Part shown: one piece after another, positions 13,545 through 26,365 of the stretch
Position numbering within the stretch: the first letter of the stretch is position 1
Layout: every line of letters starts with the position of its first letter
NCBI GenBank assembly: GCA_038087875.1
Contig: JAXLNO010000306.1
Location: 1 to 64,000, forward strand
Origin: Malacoraja senta
Lineage: Eukaryota
DNA length: 64,000 nucleotides
Direction of reading: 5' to 3'
Position numbers and translations under genes: made by a program
The notes under the pieces: model-generated
What the model was told of the DNA's origin: nothing
Seen by the model: only the letters and a program-made list of their open reading frames with translations
The model's database searches: none

Positions 13545-14740
13545 TGTTTACGTGGTTTATTAATGATTTGGATAAGGGGATTGAATGTTTTGTGGCCAAG
13601 TTTGCAGATGATGCTAAAATAGGTGGAGGGGCAGGCAGTGTAGAGGATGCTAGGACTTTGCAGAAGGACTTGTTCGGGTTAGGAGAGTGGGCAGAGAAGT
13701 GGCAGATGAAATCCAGTGTAGCAAAGTGTGGGAGACATGCATTTGGTAATAAGAATAAAGGCGTAGATTATTTTACAAATGGAGGGAGAATCCGGAAATC
13801 GGAGGCGCACAGTGACATGGGAGTGTTGGTGCAGGACTCACAAAAAGGTTAATTTGCTAATTGAATCGGTAGTCAGGAAGGTGATTTATATCAAGAGGAC
13901 TGGAATACAAAAACAGACATGACATTCTGAGGCTTCAAAAGCGCTGGTCAGGCAACGTTTGTACAGTGTGCAAATTTGGGTCCCCTATCTGAGGAAGGAT
14001 GTGCTGGCTCTGGTTCAGAGGTTGTTTACAAGAATAATTCCATGAATGAGTGGGTTAGCATATGATGAGCGTTTGACAGCACTGGGCCTCTACTCGTTGG
14101 AGTTGAGAAGGTTGAGGGGGGAACCTCATTGAAGCTTACAGAATAATGAAAGGCATAGATAGAGTGGATGTGGAAAGGATGTTTCCACTCGTGGGTGAGT
14201 CTAGGACCAGAGGTCAGCCTCAGAATTAAAGGGTGCTCTTTTAGAAAGGAGGTGAGGAGGAATTTCTTTCGTCAGAGGGTAGTTAATCTGTGGAACTCAT
14301 TGCCACAGAGGGCTGTGGAGGCCACGTTGGTTGATATTTTTAAGGCAGAGATCGACAAATTCTTGATTAGAACGGGTTATCATGGGGAGAAGGCAGGAAA
14401 ATGGGATTAGGAGGCACAGATCAGCCATAATGGAATGGTGGAGTAGACTCGATGGGCCAAATGGCCTAATTCTACTCCTGTAACGTGAACGTGTACAGGT
14501 TAGGAGAGTGGGCTGAGAAGTGGCAGATGAAATCCAGTATAGCAAAGTGTGGAGACATGCATTTTGGTAATAAGAATAAAGGCGTAGATTATTTTACAAA
14601 TGGAGAGAGAATCCAGAAATCGGAGGCGCATAATGACATGGGAGTGCTGGTGCAGGACTCCCAAAAGGTTAATTTGCAAATTGAATCGGTAGTCAGGAAG
14701 GTGATTTATATCAAGAGGACTGGAACACAAAAACAGAAAA
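13545..14740 (+). mobile_element. CR1-type LINE 3' fragment with partial tandem duplication
   Basis: FINDLDKGIECFVAKFADD and RRNFFRQRVVNLWNSLP. Segment 13678-13917 is repeated at 14498-14737. Confidence 0.85.
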
Positions 14741-17700
14741 TGCCGCCCGATTTGTAAGAGTGTCAAAGGTCACAGGGAGATGACAGGAGAACGGCACTGA
14801 GAGGGAACGATAGGTCAGCCATGATTAAATTGTGGAGTAAACTCGATGGGCTGAACAACCAAATTCTGCACCTTTGACTTATGAAGTGAGTCAAAGTTCA
14901 GAACATGAGGGATGATCTTTTTATTTCTCCCCAGACTGGTGTGTCTGGAACCAAAATTCACAGTTTAACAATAAGGGTTCAGACATTCTTATGGCACCAA
15001 AACAATGGTGACACCTGTGTATTGCCTAGGTTAGGTCTGCTATATGATTTTACCGAGTTGTATACGGAACGAAGCATTTCACTGTACCTAGGTGCATGTG
15101 ACAATAAAATATCATTGAATCATTGAATTCAGTGCAGTAATGAGATGAAATTAGTTTTAATTAGTCTTTCAAATTCTCTGTCCAAGAAGGCTGTGGGCAT
15201 TCAGTCAATCAGATGCTTGAGGCAGGGATAGGAATATGCTTGGATACAAAAGGAATCCGGAATTCGGAAAAATGGTGGTCTGCTAGAGGATTGGTTATGA
15301 TCTTATAGAATATCAGAAATTGGGAGCAAAGGATGAATGGCAACATTTTGCTTATGTTAGGTTTGATCCCACTCCACAAGAGAGTCCAGAAGGAAAGAGA
15401 GTATAGAACGTTCAATGTGCTGACTACAAAACAATGACATTCATGTAGCAGACCTGTAAGACAATACAAATAGATAACATACTAAAAATTCAGTTAATTG
15501 ATAATCCCAATACATGTGCAAATACACCGCAAATGCTTAGTTTAGCCAAAGACAGTCCATAGGTCTACAGGGTCCGACTCGACATATTACCTATCCATTC
15601 TCACCAGCGATGCTGCCTGATCTGCTGAGTTACTCCAACACTTTGTCTTTATTTTGTTCATTAATCATAGCTGAGTGTAGTGTCGTTCAGGGTTCAATAT
15701 ACAAGAAGATTTTAATGATCACATTCCAGCACGCATCTCCAGAGCCAAACAAAACAATGACATTCTCCTTTGATGGTAATAATCTAATTTGGTGAAAGGG
15801 GAAACAGGCTTAGATATAAAGAATAATATTTATAGCAGTTCCAATGTAGAAAAATGCTTCAATGAGATTCGTAAGAATATTATTCTGTAACATTTTACTT
15901 CGAGCAGTATAATGGCATTACATGACAATTAGCAAAATAAAAATTTAAGGTGCATCTTAAAGGAAGAATAAGAGGTAGGGATATTTAGAGAGCAATTCTA
16001 CGACTTAGGCCTGCTCTTCAGATGAAATGCTTAAATTTGTGAATAAGCAGGAAGTTATACTGCCCGGTTCATCGTGGGTTCTGACCTCACCACCATCGAA
16101 GGGATCTACACGAGACGCTGCCTCAAAAAGGAAGCCAACATCATCCCCCTGGCCACGCTTTCATTACCTCCCACCATGGGGAAGAAAGTATAGGTGTTTG
16201 AAAACCATGACAACCAGGTTCAAGAATAGCTTCTTCCCAACAACTATCATGCACTTGAACGCTACACAACGCTAACCTCAACTGTGAAATTGTATGGACT
16301 GTATGCATGCCGAGGGAGGAGCTGCGTAGGAAGGAACTGCAGATGCTAGTTTAAACCGAAGATGGACACAAAAAGCTGGAGTAACTCAGCGGGTCCGACA
16401 GCGACTCTGGATAAAAGGAATAGGTAGCGTTTCAGGTCGAGACCATTCTTCAGACTGATAGTCAGGGGAAAGTGAAACGAGAGATACAGACGGTGATATA
16501 GAGAGATATAAGAACAAATGATTGAAAGATTTGCTTTGAATGAAAGAGCTGTTGGTCTTAGATATTTAAATACAATGATCAGAGTTTAAAATCTGAATAT
16601 TTTTCAATCAGAAAGATGATGGGTGAATGGGATGGAGCAAGTTAGCACAATGATGACAAAGTCTGAAGAGGGGCCTCGATCTGATACATCACCCATTCCT
16701 ATTCTCCAGAGATGCTGCCTGACCCACTGAGTTATTCCAGCATTGTGTGTCTAACGCTAAGTGCTGGAGTAACTCAGCTGGTAAGGCATCATCTCCGGAG
16801 AACGTGGCTAGATGACGTTTAGGGTAAACACCCTTCCACAGAGTGAAGAAGGGGTCTTGACCCGAAACATCTATCCATCATCACATATCCATGATCTCCA
16901 GGGATGCTGCCGGACCCACTAAGGTGCTCCAGCACTTTGTGTCTCTTTCTTTGTGAACCAACATTTTAGTTCCCTGTTTCTTCAGTGTAAATTGACTGTC
17001 ATTTGTAGGTAAGTGATAGAATCTGGAGAGAGATGATGGGAATTTGCAGAGAATAAGAATGGGTTGGTCAAGAGCAAGAGTTTAATTGTCATCTGTACTG
17101 GCAATAGAACAATGAAATTCTTATACACATATTAAATATACAACAATCAATGGTACAATTAATTAATATTAGTTATACTAGGTAACCAGACCATAACAGT
17201 GGAAAAACAAAACGTCCTTACTGCAACCAAAATAAAGTTATTGCAAATCAGAGTTGTTGAGGTAAGGTTGTGGTTCGTGTTGTGCAGTGTTTAAAAGCCT
17301 GCTGCTCATGAGAAAAAAGCTGCTCTTAAACCTGGAGCTAACAGTTCCCAGGCTCTCTAACCTCAGAGGCAGTTGATTGGTTCAACGGTATTTTATTTGT
17401 GGCATGTACCGAGGTACAGTGAAATTCATTTTTGTATACAGTTTAGTACAAGTATCACTATATATAAGTCCTTAGATACATCTTAGATAAGTATCTCAGA
17501 TACAGTACAAGTGTATAGCAGTAGTACGCTGAGACAGTATACAGTGTCGCCTGTTATGGTGCCATTTTCACATCCCAGTTGTTGTAAGTGAGGGTTCTTG
17601 GCCTGACCATGAGGCCCATTGTCCTGGAGTTGTTGCAGGGTACATTCCTTTTATCCATAGATGCTGCCTGTTCCACTGCGTTACTCCAGTATTTTGTCTC

Positions 17701-17759
17701 TATCTTTGGTGTAAACCAGCATCTGAAGTGCCTTCCTACACAGACACAAGAAGGATCCC

Positions 17760-18005
17760 AACAATGGGTTCTGTTTGTATGGAGTTGATATGTTCTTCCT
17801 GTGACCGCTCGGGTTTCCTCTGGGTGCTCCGGTTTCCTCCCACATTCCAAAGACGTGTGTGTTTGTAGGTTTATTGGCCGCTGTAAATCGCCCCTAGTGT
17901 GTAGGATGTGAAACAGGGAAAACATAGAAATAGTGTATGGGTGATTGATGGTCAGTGCAGACTCAGTGGGCAGAAAGGCCTGTTTCCATGCTGCATCTGT
18001 TAAAA
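17760..18005 (+). mobile_element. SINE fragment
   Basis: Same core and ggcctgtttccatgctg tail as the other SINEs. Confidence 0.7.
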
Positions 18006-19099
18006 CAGATTTGTGAGCATGATACCCGAATTCAAACGTCACAGAGAAACCAACACATTTTAGTTTGTACAGACAAGAACACCCAAGAATGTTTTATTCA
18101 AAGAGACCAACACAGTAATAAAGGTTTGCAGGTACAAAGTCCAACAGTGAGCATTGTTTAATCTAATCTTATACTTAGAACATTGTAGACGTAGGGCATT
18201 CAGCTCAGGGAGGCTGTCCCATTGGGGGGGATGAGAACAAATGGGGTACTGTGGGGATGGGGGCGCCACCAAGAATGAAGGGGGAACTGGTGGGGATGGG
18301 GTCTGCTGCCATGTGCGGCAACAGGCAGTGGATAGGACTGTTCGGTACTTTGTAACTTTGTCTGCGCCAACACATGACGACATTTTTGTACTGCCTAGGT
18401 TCAGTTTAATTTATTGTCACGTGTACCGAGGTACAGTGAAAAGCTTTTTGTTGCTTACTAACCAGTCAGTAGAAAGACAATTCATGATTACAATCAATGC
18501 ATTTACAGTGTAGAGACACATGATAAAGGAATAATATTTAATAGTAAGATTAAACGAGAACTTACCAAGTTTGAAGTTTGATCTTTATTTTATGAGGAGT
18601 AACGTTGAGGGATTACGTGAAGAAGCCCCGTCCAGCCGCACACGCGTCAATCTTTCAAAGCAGCGGAGTGACAATCACAGACGATAATTACTGAAGTATG
18701 ATAGTAAGATGCATAAAGACTTAGAACTACCAGCTTGATCCTTTTATGAGGGTGGGAGTGGAGGGCACGTAATCCCTCAACGTTACTCCTCATAAAATAA
18801 AGATCAAACTTCAAACTTGGTAAGTTCTCGTTTAATCTTACTATTTTACTTCGGAGTCACGTGAGTGACTACGTGAAGATTTCAAAGCTCTGTGATTTCA
18901 CACCGTGGATTCAAATCCAGGTGTTCACTGCATCGATTGACTCTATTTGAGTAAGCACAATCAACAATGCATAACCACAACATTTGAATGTAATCAGTTA
19001 ATGGTTTTATTTGTTTTAATAAAAATAACAAATATTAGGCCCATTTATAATGGGGGATTTAATACTGTATCCAGCACGGCATCACCAAACCCTCTGAGA

Positions 19100-19988
19100 T
19101 CTTTAATCTCCTTGTGGTAATACTTGTGAAACATCTATTCACTTGCCCATCCTGCGGCCGCGAGAATAAGGTCTATTGGCACGCTGAATCCCTGGCCGCT
19201 GATGTTGATGCCGCCCTCGTGGAATGAGATTTAAATTTATCAGTATCAATACCTGAATATCTCAACACCTGTTTCAACCATCGTGAAATTGTTTGTGTTG
19301 ATACTTTCTTATGAGGCTTTTTATGACTAATAAAAATTGCCAATTCGGTGCCTCTTAAAACTTTTGTTGTTTCTATGTAACATTTCACATATGTTACTAC
19401 ACACAGTCGTGAATCTGTAGGTAATGCTAAAAATTCCAACTTGCATCCTGTGGACCCAGGTCTACTTTGCTTCAGTAAATCATAGACATAGAATGTCACG
19501 GCATTTTGCCCTACTTTCATTCTATCAATTCTGAGTTTCTTTAATGTTTGAACTCTCTGCGCTGAAACTAATGCCATGAGCATAACCAATTTCATGGTAA
19601 TTTTGGATAATGACAGGGTTTCAACTGGATTCCAACTCCTTAGGAACATCAGTACATCTTTTACATTCCAAATTTCTGTATACCTGGGTCTGGGAGGATT
19701 AGAGTTCAAAATTCCTTTCATAAACCTACAGACCCAAGGATGTTCTCCAATTGGAGTTTGTTCTGATTCACTGCTTAAATATGCAGAGAGTGCACTTCGT
19801 GCAGTATTAATTGCACTATAACTTAATTTCAATTCATAGTGTAGAGTTGAAAGAAACTCTATTACATCTGAAATTTCTACTGTGTTATATGCAATATTCT
19901 TTCCTGAACAAAACACCTCCCATTTCTTTATATAGGAAATGTACTGCTTCTGGGTACTATTCCTCCAGGCTGCTGTCATAACATCCAC
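19100..19988 (-). pseudogene. DIRS tyrosine recombinase (YR; frameshift near C-terminus)
   Basis: INTARSALS, SAQRVQTL (catalytic R), KQSR, SHSTRAAS (H-x-x-R). The downstream AAGW...Y segment is out of frame. Confidence 0.9.
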
Positions 19989-20024
19989 CGTACGGTCTGA
20001 TAATCCTTTTCCAAGATATGCCTT

Positions 20025-21930
20025 CTTAGAATCTGCAAATCAACAAACCAATACGATTATGTAAAGGATGTGATTCATTAGTCATAGGGTGTACAAGCAG
20101 TTTAATCTGCTTTGGAATAACCATAAGGGATTTTTTGATCATTTTTAACACCAGTGGGTACCATACCTGTGTAGGCCAATCTGGTACTACCAAAATCCCT
20201 GAGGCTTGAATCTTGTTTAATTTTCTGTATGCATTTGTGGATTAAACAAAATGGTGGAAAAGCATACAGAAACATACCACCCCAATGTAGCGAGAAAGCA
20301 TCCACCACTACTGCTCCAGGATCAGGTTCCCATGACACATACTTAGTCAACTGGTGGTTCAATCTTGATGCAACCAGATCAATTTCTGGCATTCCAAATT
20401 GTGTGATAATTTGTGTGAATATTTTCCGATTTAACATCCATTCTGTATTATCATTAAATTTACGTGATCTTTTGTCTGCAATTGTATTAATTTTTACCTG
20501 GTAAATATATTGCTGACAACCAAATTTTTCTGGCAATACCCCAGGTCCAAATTTCATTTGCCAATTTATCACATGATTCTGATTTTATACCACCCATGTG
20601 ATTTATGTATGCTACAGCTGTAGTATTGTCAACCTGTACCTGAACATGCACATTTCCCATATCAGTGCAATAAGCTCTAAGGCCGTAAAATGCGCCTAAT
20701 AGCTCTAGATAATTGATTCCCAGATTTTCCAGCAAAGGTACTTCATTCACATTCCACCTACCTCCACAGCTGGAAATCATGTTAGTAGCGCCCCAACTCA
20801 GCACACTTACATCAGTCTGTAGAGTGACGGAAGGTGTTTCTACCAGAACTTTTCTGGAAGCATTAGAAACATTGTTAATCCACCATTCTATTTCTGTAAT
20901 GGATTGAATTGTTAATTTCATGGGCCTATCAAAATGCCCTCTATTCATTTTTAATGCTTGTACCTTAGCTCTCTGTAAACATTGATAATGCAATGGTCCA
21001 AACGTGACCGCTGGAAACCCTGCAATTAATTTGCCTAGCAAGCTTGCCACTTCTCTAATTGAAGGTGTGTCCTCGTTAATGGGTTTTATGCAACCTTCAA
21101 TTAACTGCAGCTTTTTATCTTTTGGCAAAGTGATTACCATGTGTTCGGAGTTAATTGTGAACCCTAGGTAATCAATCTTTTTGCTTGGTAACAATTTAGA
21201 TTTTTGTAGGTGAATAATGAAACCTAATTTCTCAAAATGTATTTGACTCTGGATACTGACAATTTTGCAGCAGCCAAAGTGTCCCCTACAATGAGGATAT
21301 CATCTAAATAAACCATTAATACATGGCCCTCAGCTCTTAACATAGCTAAAATTTGGTTTGAGCTATTTAGTGAATAATCTTGGTCTGAAATCAGACCATT
21401 CGGCAATGCTTTAAATTGCCATAACTGACTCATCCATCTAAATTTCAAATATCTTTGATCATTACCATGCATTGCCACAGAATAATATGCATTTTGCAGA
21501 TCTATGCTTGCCTTATAGCAATTCTTTGTGACTAGCTAAATGGCATTAGTAAATGTTTCCATTTTGAAATGTTTCTATTGTACATAAAGGTTAAGATTTG
21601 TCAGATTGGAAATGATTCTATGTCCACCATCCCTTTTCCAGGATAATATTCCTAGGAGAATATTTGACACAAACTGATGGTGTTGTTCTCCTGACATTTA
21701 TATCATCCTTTTCTGCATAAAGTTTTTCAATTCTCCTTTGATCAACCCATTCTCTTCCTTTGAGAAAAATCCGTGACCAGTTTGAATTATGCTGAATTGG
21801 AGGATCCAAACGTGGAGAGAACTCAATTTTGAATCCTACAATTCTACATAGAATAAATGAATCATTTGTTATTGATTGCCATTCTTTTAGGAAAAATCGT
21901 AACCTTCCCCCTATTTGTGAGTGTGAAACA
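20025..21930 (-). pseudogene. DIRS pol: RT, RNase H and methyltransferase-like (MT) domain, frameshifted
   Basis: IGGRL start, ALPNG, VYLDDIL, YLGF, LQTDVS...WGA, INYLEL, DNTTAVAYINHMGG, DLVAS...DAF...YAFPPF. Confidence 0.9.
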
Positions 21931-21939
21931 TTTGTTGTG

Positions 21940-23333
21940 TTTCTTACCAGACCAAGCCCCCTAACCTCGGGGTTTGCCACCGGCAGTTGTTGTCCCCTTC
22001 TAGTAGGCACATTGTAACCTCCACGTATCCTCGGTGCAGCACGTCAACGTGTAGACGAGAATGATAGGATTGTTCCTTCTCCAGCACCACATTTCGCCTG
22101 TAGGGATACTGCCTTCTCACCGCTCTGCTCAGCATAGGTGATCCTTTAGTTTCTTTGCTAGATTTTCTCCAAAACAGAGCCTGCATACTTAGGATGAATA
22201 TTTGGTCTTATTGCATTTTTATGAATACAATTTATTTCAAAGTGCGCACTACACATGAGTGCTACATTTTGTTGTGAATACGATATATAACCTTCATCCA
22301 AACCACTGACCCCAGAAATTTCAGCACTTGTGTAATTTCAATTCTTGTGAGCGTAAACCACTGCTCAAATTACCCATATCAAGTTTATTCACTGCTGTAA
22401 CTGCTACAATTTCCCGGGTCTCATATTTTTTGATAGTCTCATCCATGGTTAATTCCTGAGCTGATGGGAGAGTAGATAATTTATAGTCATAGCTATTTCC
22501 TCTCTCAAAGGTTCCCCTGTTACTCTGGGAACAGCAAAGTTTTGTGCCAGCCTTGGAACATTTTTGGCTCTGATAATGGGCTCTGGTCCTCATTTAAATC
22601 ATCTAAATCTAGATATTCATTTTTATGTTGGGTAATTTCTGGCTCCCCTGTTTCAGGTAAGTCTCTGCCAGATTCCCCCTGCGCAGGCTCTCTTGTAGGC
22701 CCACGGACAGGCAGCCCTGCTTCAGGTGCTGCTGGCGCTGGCTCAATTCTAGGCCAACGCTTCATTATTTTTACTCTTTATATTTGTCGGTGCTGGCACA
22801 TTTATCATTGCACGTTTGTGCTGCCTTTTGTTCAGGCATTTCTAGTACTGGCTCTCCAATAGGCCAACACATAACTTGCCTTTTTTCTGGCATTTTTGGG
22901 CACTGGCTCTCCTGTAGGCCAACCTCTTTAATGTTTCTGCACAGGTACTGATGGCTCTCCTGTAGGCCACCCTTGTGCCTGTTCCAAGGCACCTCCTGTG
23001 CTATACTTCATTGGCCAACACCGTCTTAAATCCTCCTGTGGGGGTTCTTTACAAATCTTCTGCCCCATAAGGAGTTATAAAGTTTTTGACCCTTGCAGTG
23101 TAATACTCTTTCCTGCCTCAGGAGGGCATACCTCCGGGTCTGACTCATCCGAGTCTACAGGTCGGGCCGATTTTTGCCTTGCGCCCCGCCGCCGGCGGTT
23201 TAACGCACATTAGACCACCACGGGAGTTAATGGCTTCGCTGCCACTGACTCCCCTGACTGACGCCCGCTACCCTTAGGATCTGGGGTTTTACTACGGTGC
23301 GTCCCTGGCCACCTCTCCTTCCCATTTCTCCAT
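21940..23333 (-). pseudogene. DIRS gag-like ORF, fragmented
   Basis: Lies 5' of pol; ATG at 23333; fragments such as LRSQELKL are paralleled in the second DIRS copy. Confidence 0.6.
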
Positions 23334-23804
23334 AATAAACTTGTGTGGAGCTCCACCAACAAGTCTAAACGGGAAGGAAACGCTCCTGTAAGTGAAAAGT
23401 AACTCCACTTACCTTCCGACTTTTGTTTTACTCACCGGCTGGAGGAGCTCCTGCTCCTCCACACACGGTCATGAACGCTATGCGTCTGTTCGATAATGAC
23501 GCGTGTGCGGCTGGACGGGGCTTATTCACGTAGTCACTCACGTGACTCCGAAGTAAAATGCAAGGTGAAGCCAGAAAATTCCGGTCAAGGATAAACTGAG
23601 GTTGTATGGAAAACAAAGCATTTCACTATAACCAGATACCTTGGGTACATGTGACCATAGAGTATCATTCAATCATTCTTTCATTCATCAGTCCTATTCC
23701 TCCCAATTTATTTTCCATATAACACAGGCACCCATGGCCGCCAATGCTCCTTTGATTTTCTTTGCCATTTACATGTGTTGATCTGGCTAATGGGTTTTGT
23801 GAAG

Positions 23805-24118
23805 TACAGCACAATGGTGCAATGGTAGAGAGTTGCTGCCTCATAGCGCCAGAGACACGGGTTCAATCCTGACTTCAGGTCTGTCTATGTGGAGTTTGCA
23901 CATTTTCACTGTGACCGAGTGGGTTTCCTCCAGGTGTTCCGGTTTCCTCCCACAACCCAAAGGCATGCAGGTTTGTAATTTAATTGGCCTATGCAAATTG
24001 CCCCTAGTGTGTAAAGAGTGGACGAGAAAGTGGAATAACTAGAGTGAATGGGAGATCAATGGTCAGCATGGACCCAGTGGGCCGAAGGGCCTGTTTCCGC
24101 TATAACTCTAAACTAACC
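23805..24118 (+). mobile_element. tRNA-derived SINE
   Basis: TGGTGCAATGG A box, GGTTCAATCC B box, SINE core and ctctaaactaa tail. Confidence 0.8.
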
Positions 24119-24769
24119 TTAAAAAACACTAAAATTACTGATTTATTGCAAGTAGCTAGATTCAAAACTATTTAAACTACTGAAGACGGGTCCTGACTCA
24201 AAACATTACCTGTCCATTCCAGCCACAGATGCTGCCAACTCACTGAGTTCCTCCAGTATTTCATTGCTCAAGATTCCAACATGTCTCGATATTAACTACT
24301 TGTTTGAATAACACTGTTGTTTGGTATTTTTATGATATTTTTACGGTAGAATTGCATGCTGAAATGTTCATACCTTGAACATAGTTGAAAAGGATAGTAA
24401 TTCATTAATGCATGCAGGAATAGTATTATTAAAATTGACTTTAGTAAAATACCGAATACACTGGCATTATGCAGTCGGACAGGCCTCATCTGTGGGCAGG
24501 AAAGCAGAATGTTTCAGGCCAGAGACCCTTCAGGACTGGGAAGGAGGAGAAAGAAGAAAGGAGGAACTGAAGATGATGGTTAACAAAATAAGACACAGTG
24601 TTGGAATAACTCAGTGGGACGGGCAGCATTACTGGAGAGCGTAGGATGCTAAGGTTTTGGGTCAGGACCATTCATCAAATTGATTGTGGGGGTAAATAAA
24701 GCTGGAAGAGAGGAGGGGCAGAACAAAGTATGGCAGATGATAGGTGATAGATACCAAAATGAGAGAGCA

Positions 24770-24985
24770 GCCCTGAACTGCTATCTGCCTCATTGGTGAC
24801 CCTCGGACTTTCTTTGATCGGACTTTACTGGCTTTCCCTTGCACTAAATGTTATTCCCTCATCATGTATCTCTACACTGTAAATGGGTAGTTTGTAATCA
24901 TGTATTGTCTTTACGCTGACTTGTTAGCAGGCAACAAAAGCTTTTCACTGTACCTCTGTACACGTGACAATAAACTAAACTAAAA
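24770..24985 (+). repeat. Rex1-type LINE 3' tail (uninterrupted paralog of the DIRS insertion site)
   Basis: Its reverse complement matches 18400-18539 joined to 23560-23600. Confidence 0.8.
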
Positions 24986-26165
24986 TGTTGCAGAGAGGAT
25001 TTTCCGACAGGCAAATGATTGGACAAAGGCCAGAGATGAAAAGACAAAAGGAATTAAAGAATGGTGAATTGTGAGAATAGAGGAATGTGAAGGTGACGGG
25101 GGAGGGCAGAAATAGATGCAAGTCCAGATGGGGCACAGGGGAGGGGAAGAAATGGGGGGGTAGGTTACCTAAAATTCTCATCACTTCCCACACAAACCAT
25201 CGCATCCCAGGTAATCTCCCCTGCAACTGCAGATGTAACATCTGTTCCTGTACCTCCTATGTGGTCTGTCTCAAGGGACCATAGCAGTCCTTCTAGGTGA
25301 GACGAGGTTCATGTACACCTTCTCTAAACTGATCTATTGCATCCGGTGTTCCCAATGTGGCCTCCTGTATATCGACGAGACCAAGCATTGACTCCACGAC
25401 CATTTCGCCAAAAATATGCACTGGATCTGCCATGGACTTCTGGATGTCCTGGTTGCTAACCATTTGAACTTCCTTTCCCATTGCCATATTGACCTTTTTG
25501 TTTTGGGTCTCCTCCATTGCCAGTGTGAGGTCACATGCAAACAGCTCCTAATATTCTTCTTGGGTAGCTTTCAACCTGATGGTGTGAATATTGAACTCGC
25601 CAATTTTAGGAAACCTAAGCCCTACTCTCCTCCTCCTCCTCTTTCTCGCCCACACCCATATATCTCCCCACCGTTGCCCCCCTCCCCTGTAGCCCTCCTG
25701 GACTAGCACCTATTTCCCTCCTCTCCCCCTTCCTTCTAAATTTGCCATTTGCAACTTTTCAATTATTTTGTTGCACACCTTCTGTGTTTTTATCTCTGGC
25801 CCTTGTCCAATAATCCCCCTATCGACTCCCCCCATTACCGCCTCCTCACCTATGTTCACCTATTACCTGCCCCGCCTTTCATCCAGTTTTCTTCATCTCC
25901 CCCCCCCCCTCTACAATGCCCATACCACCCCAACCTCCCACAATGAGTCTGAAGAAGGATCCTATTCCACAACACCACATATCCATGTTGTCCAATGATA
26001 CTGCCTGACCCGTCGAGTTGTCCCAGCAGGAAGCTGCAGGAAGTGTGGGGGAGGGAGAATGTCTTTCAATGATAGACACAGAAAGCTGGAGTAACTCAGC
26101 GGGACAGGCAGCATCTCTGGAGAGAAGGAATGGGTGACGTTTCGGGTCGAAACCCCTTTTCAGAC
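24985..26165. mobile_element. Degraded Penelope-like element with inverted terminal modules
   Basis: GIY-YIG remnant at 25290-25610 (IYCIRCSQCGLLYIDETK) with terminal modules in both orientations. Confidence 0.7.
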
Positions 26166-26365
26166 TTTCCAAGCCTTATCTGGTAGAATTTAATGAGATA
26201 GACATCTGTTTGTGGTCGAATGCATTATCTGAAAGCTGAATGTAAATTGCACTGCTAAGGCTTTACAATACGACATTGGTTAAAATGTGCATGGATTGAG
26301 CATATGGGCTTAATTGTCCTCCTGCTTTGAAGGAAAGCTCACAGCATGTCTCAATTGCATGTCTC

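Larger units (their letters stand above)
18540..23559 (-). mobile_element. DIRS1-type tyrosine recombinase retrotransposon, full-length structure
   Basis: Inverted terminal repeats (ITRs) 18614-18649 / 23497-23532. Internal complementary region (ICR) 18766-18877 is complementary to both outer termini. gag, RT/RNaseH/MT and YR remnants are in canonical order. Confidence 0.95.

Noticed and set aside
19173..20572. Phage integrase and Dam methylase (prophage or contamination)
   Set aside because: Both domains are normal DIRS1 components and lie between DIRS termini next to the RT.
23805..23880. tRNA genes at SINE heads
   Set aside because: A/B boxes are present but there is no complete cloverleaf, and each continues into a SINE body.
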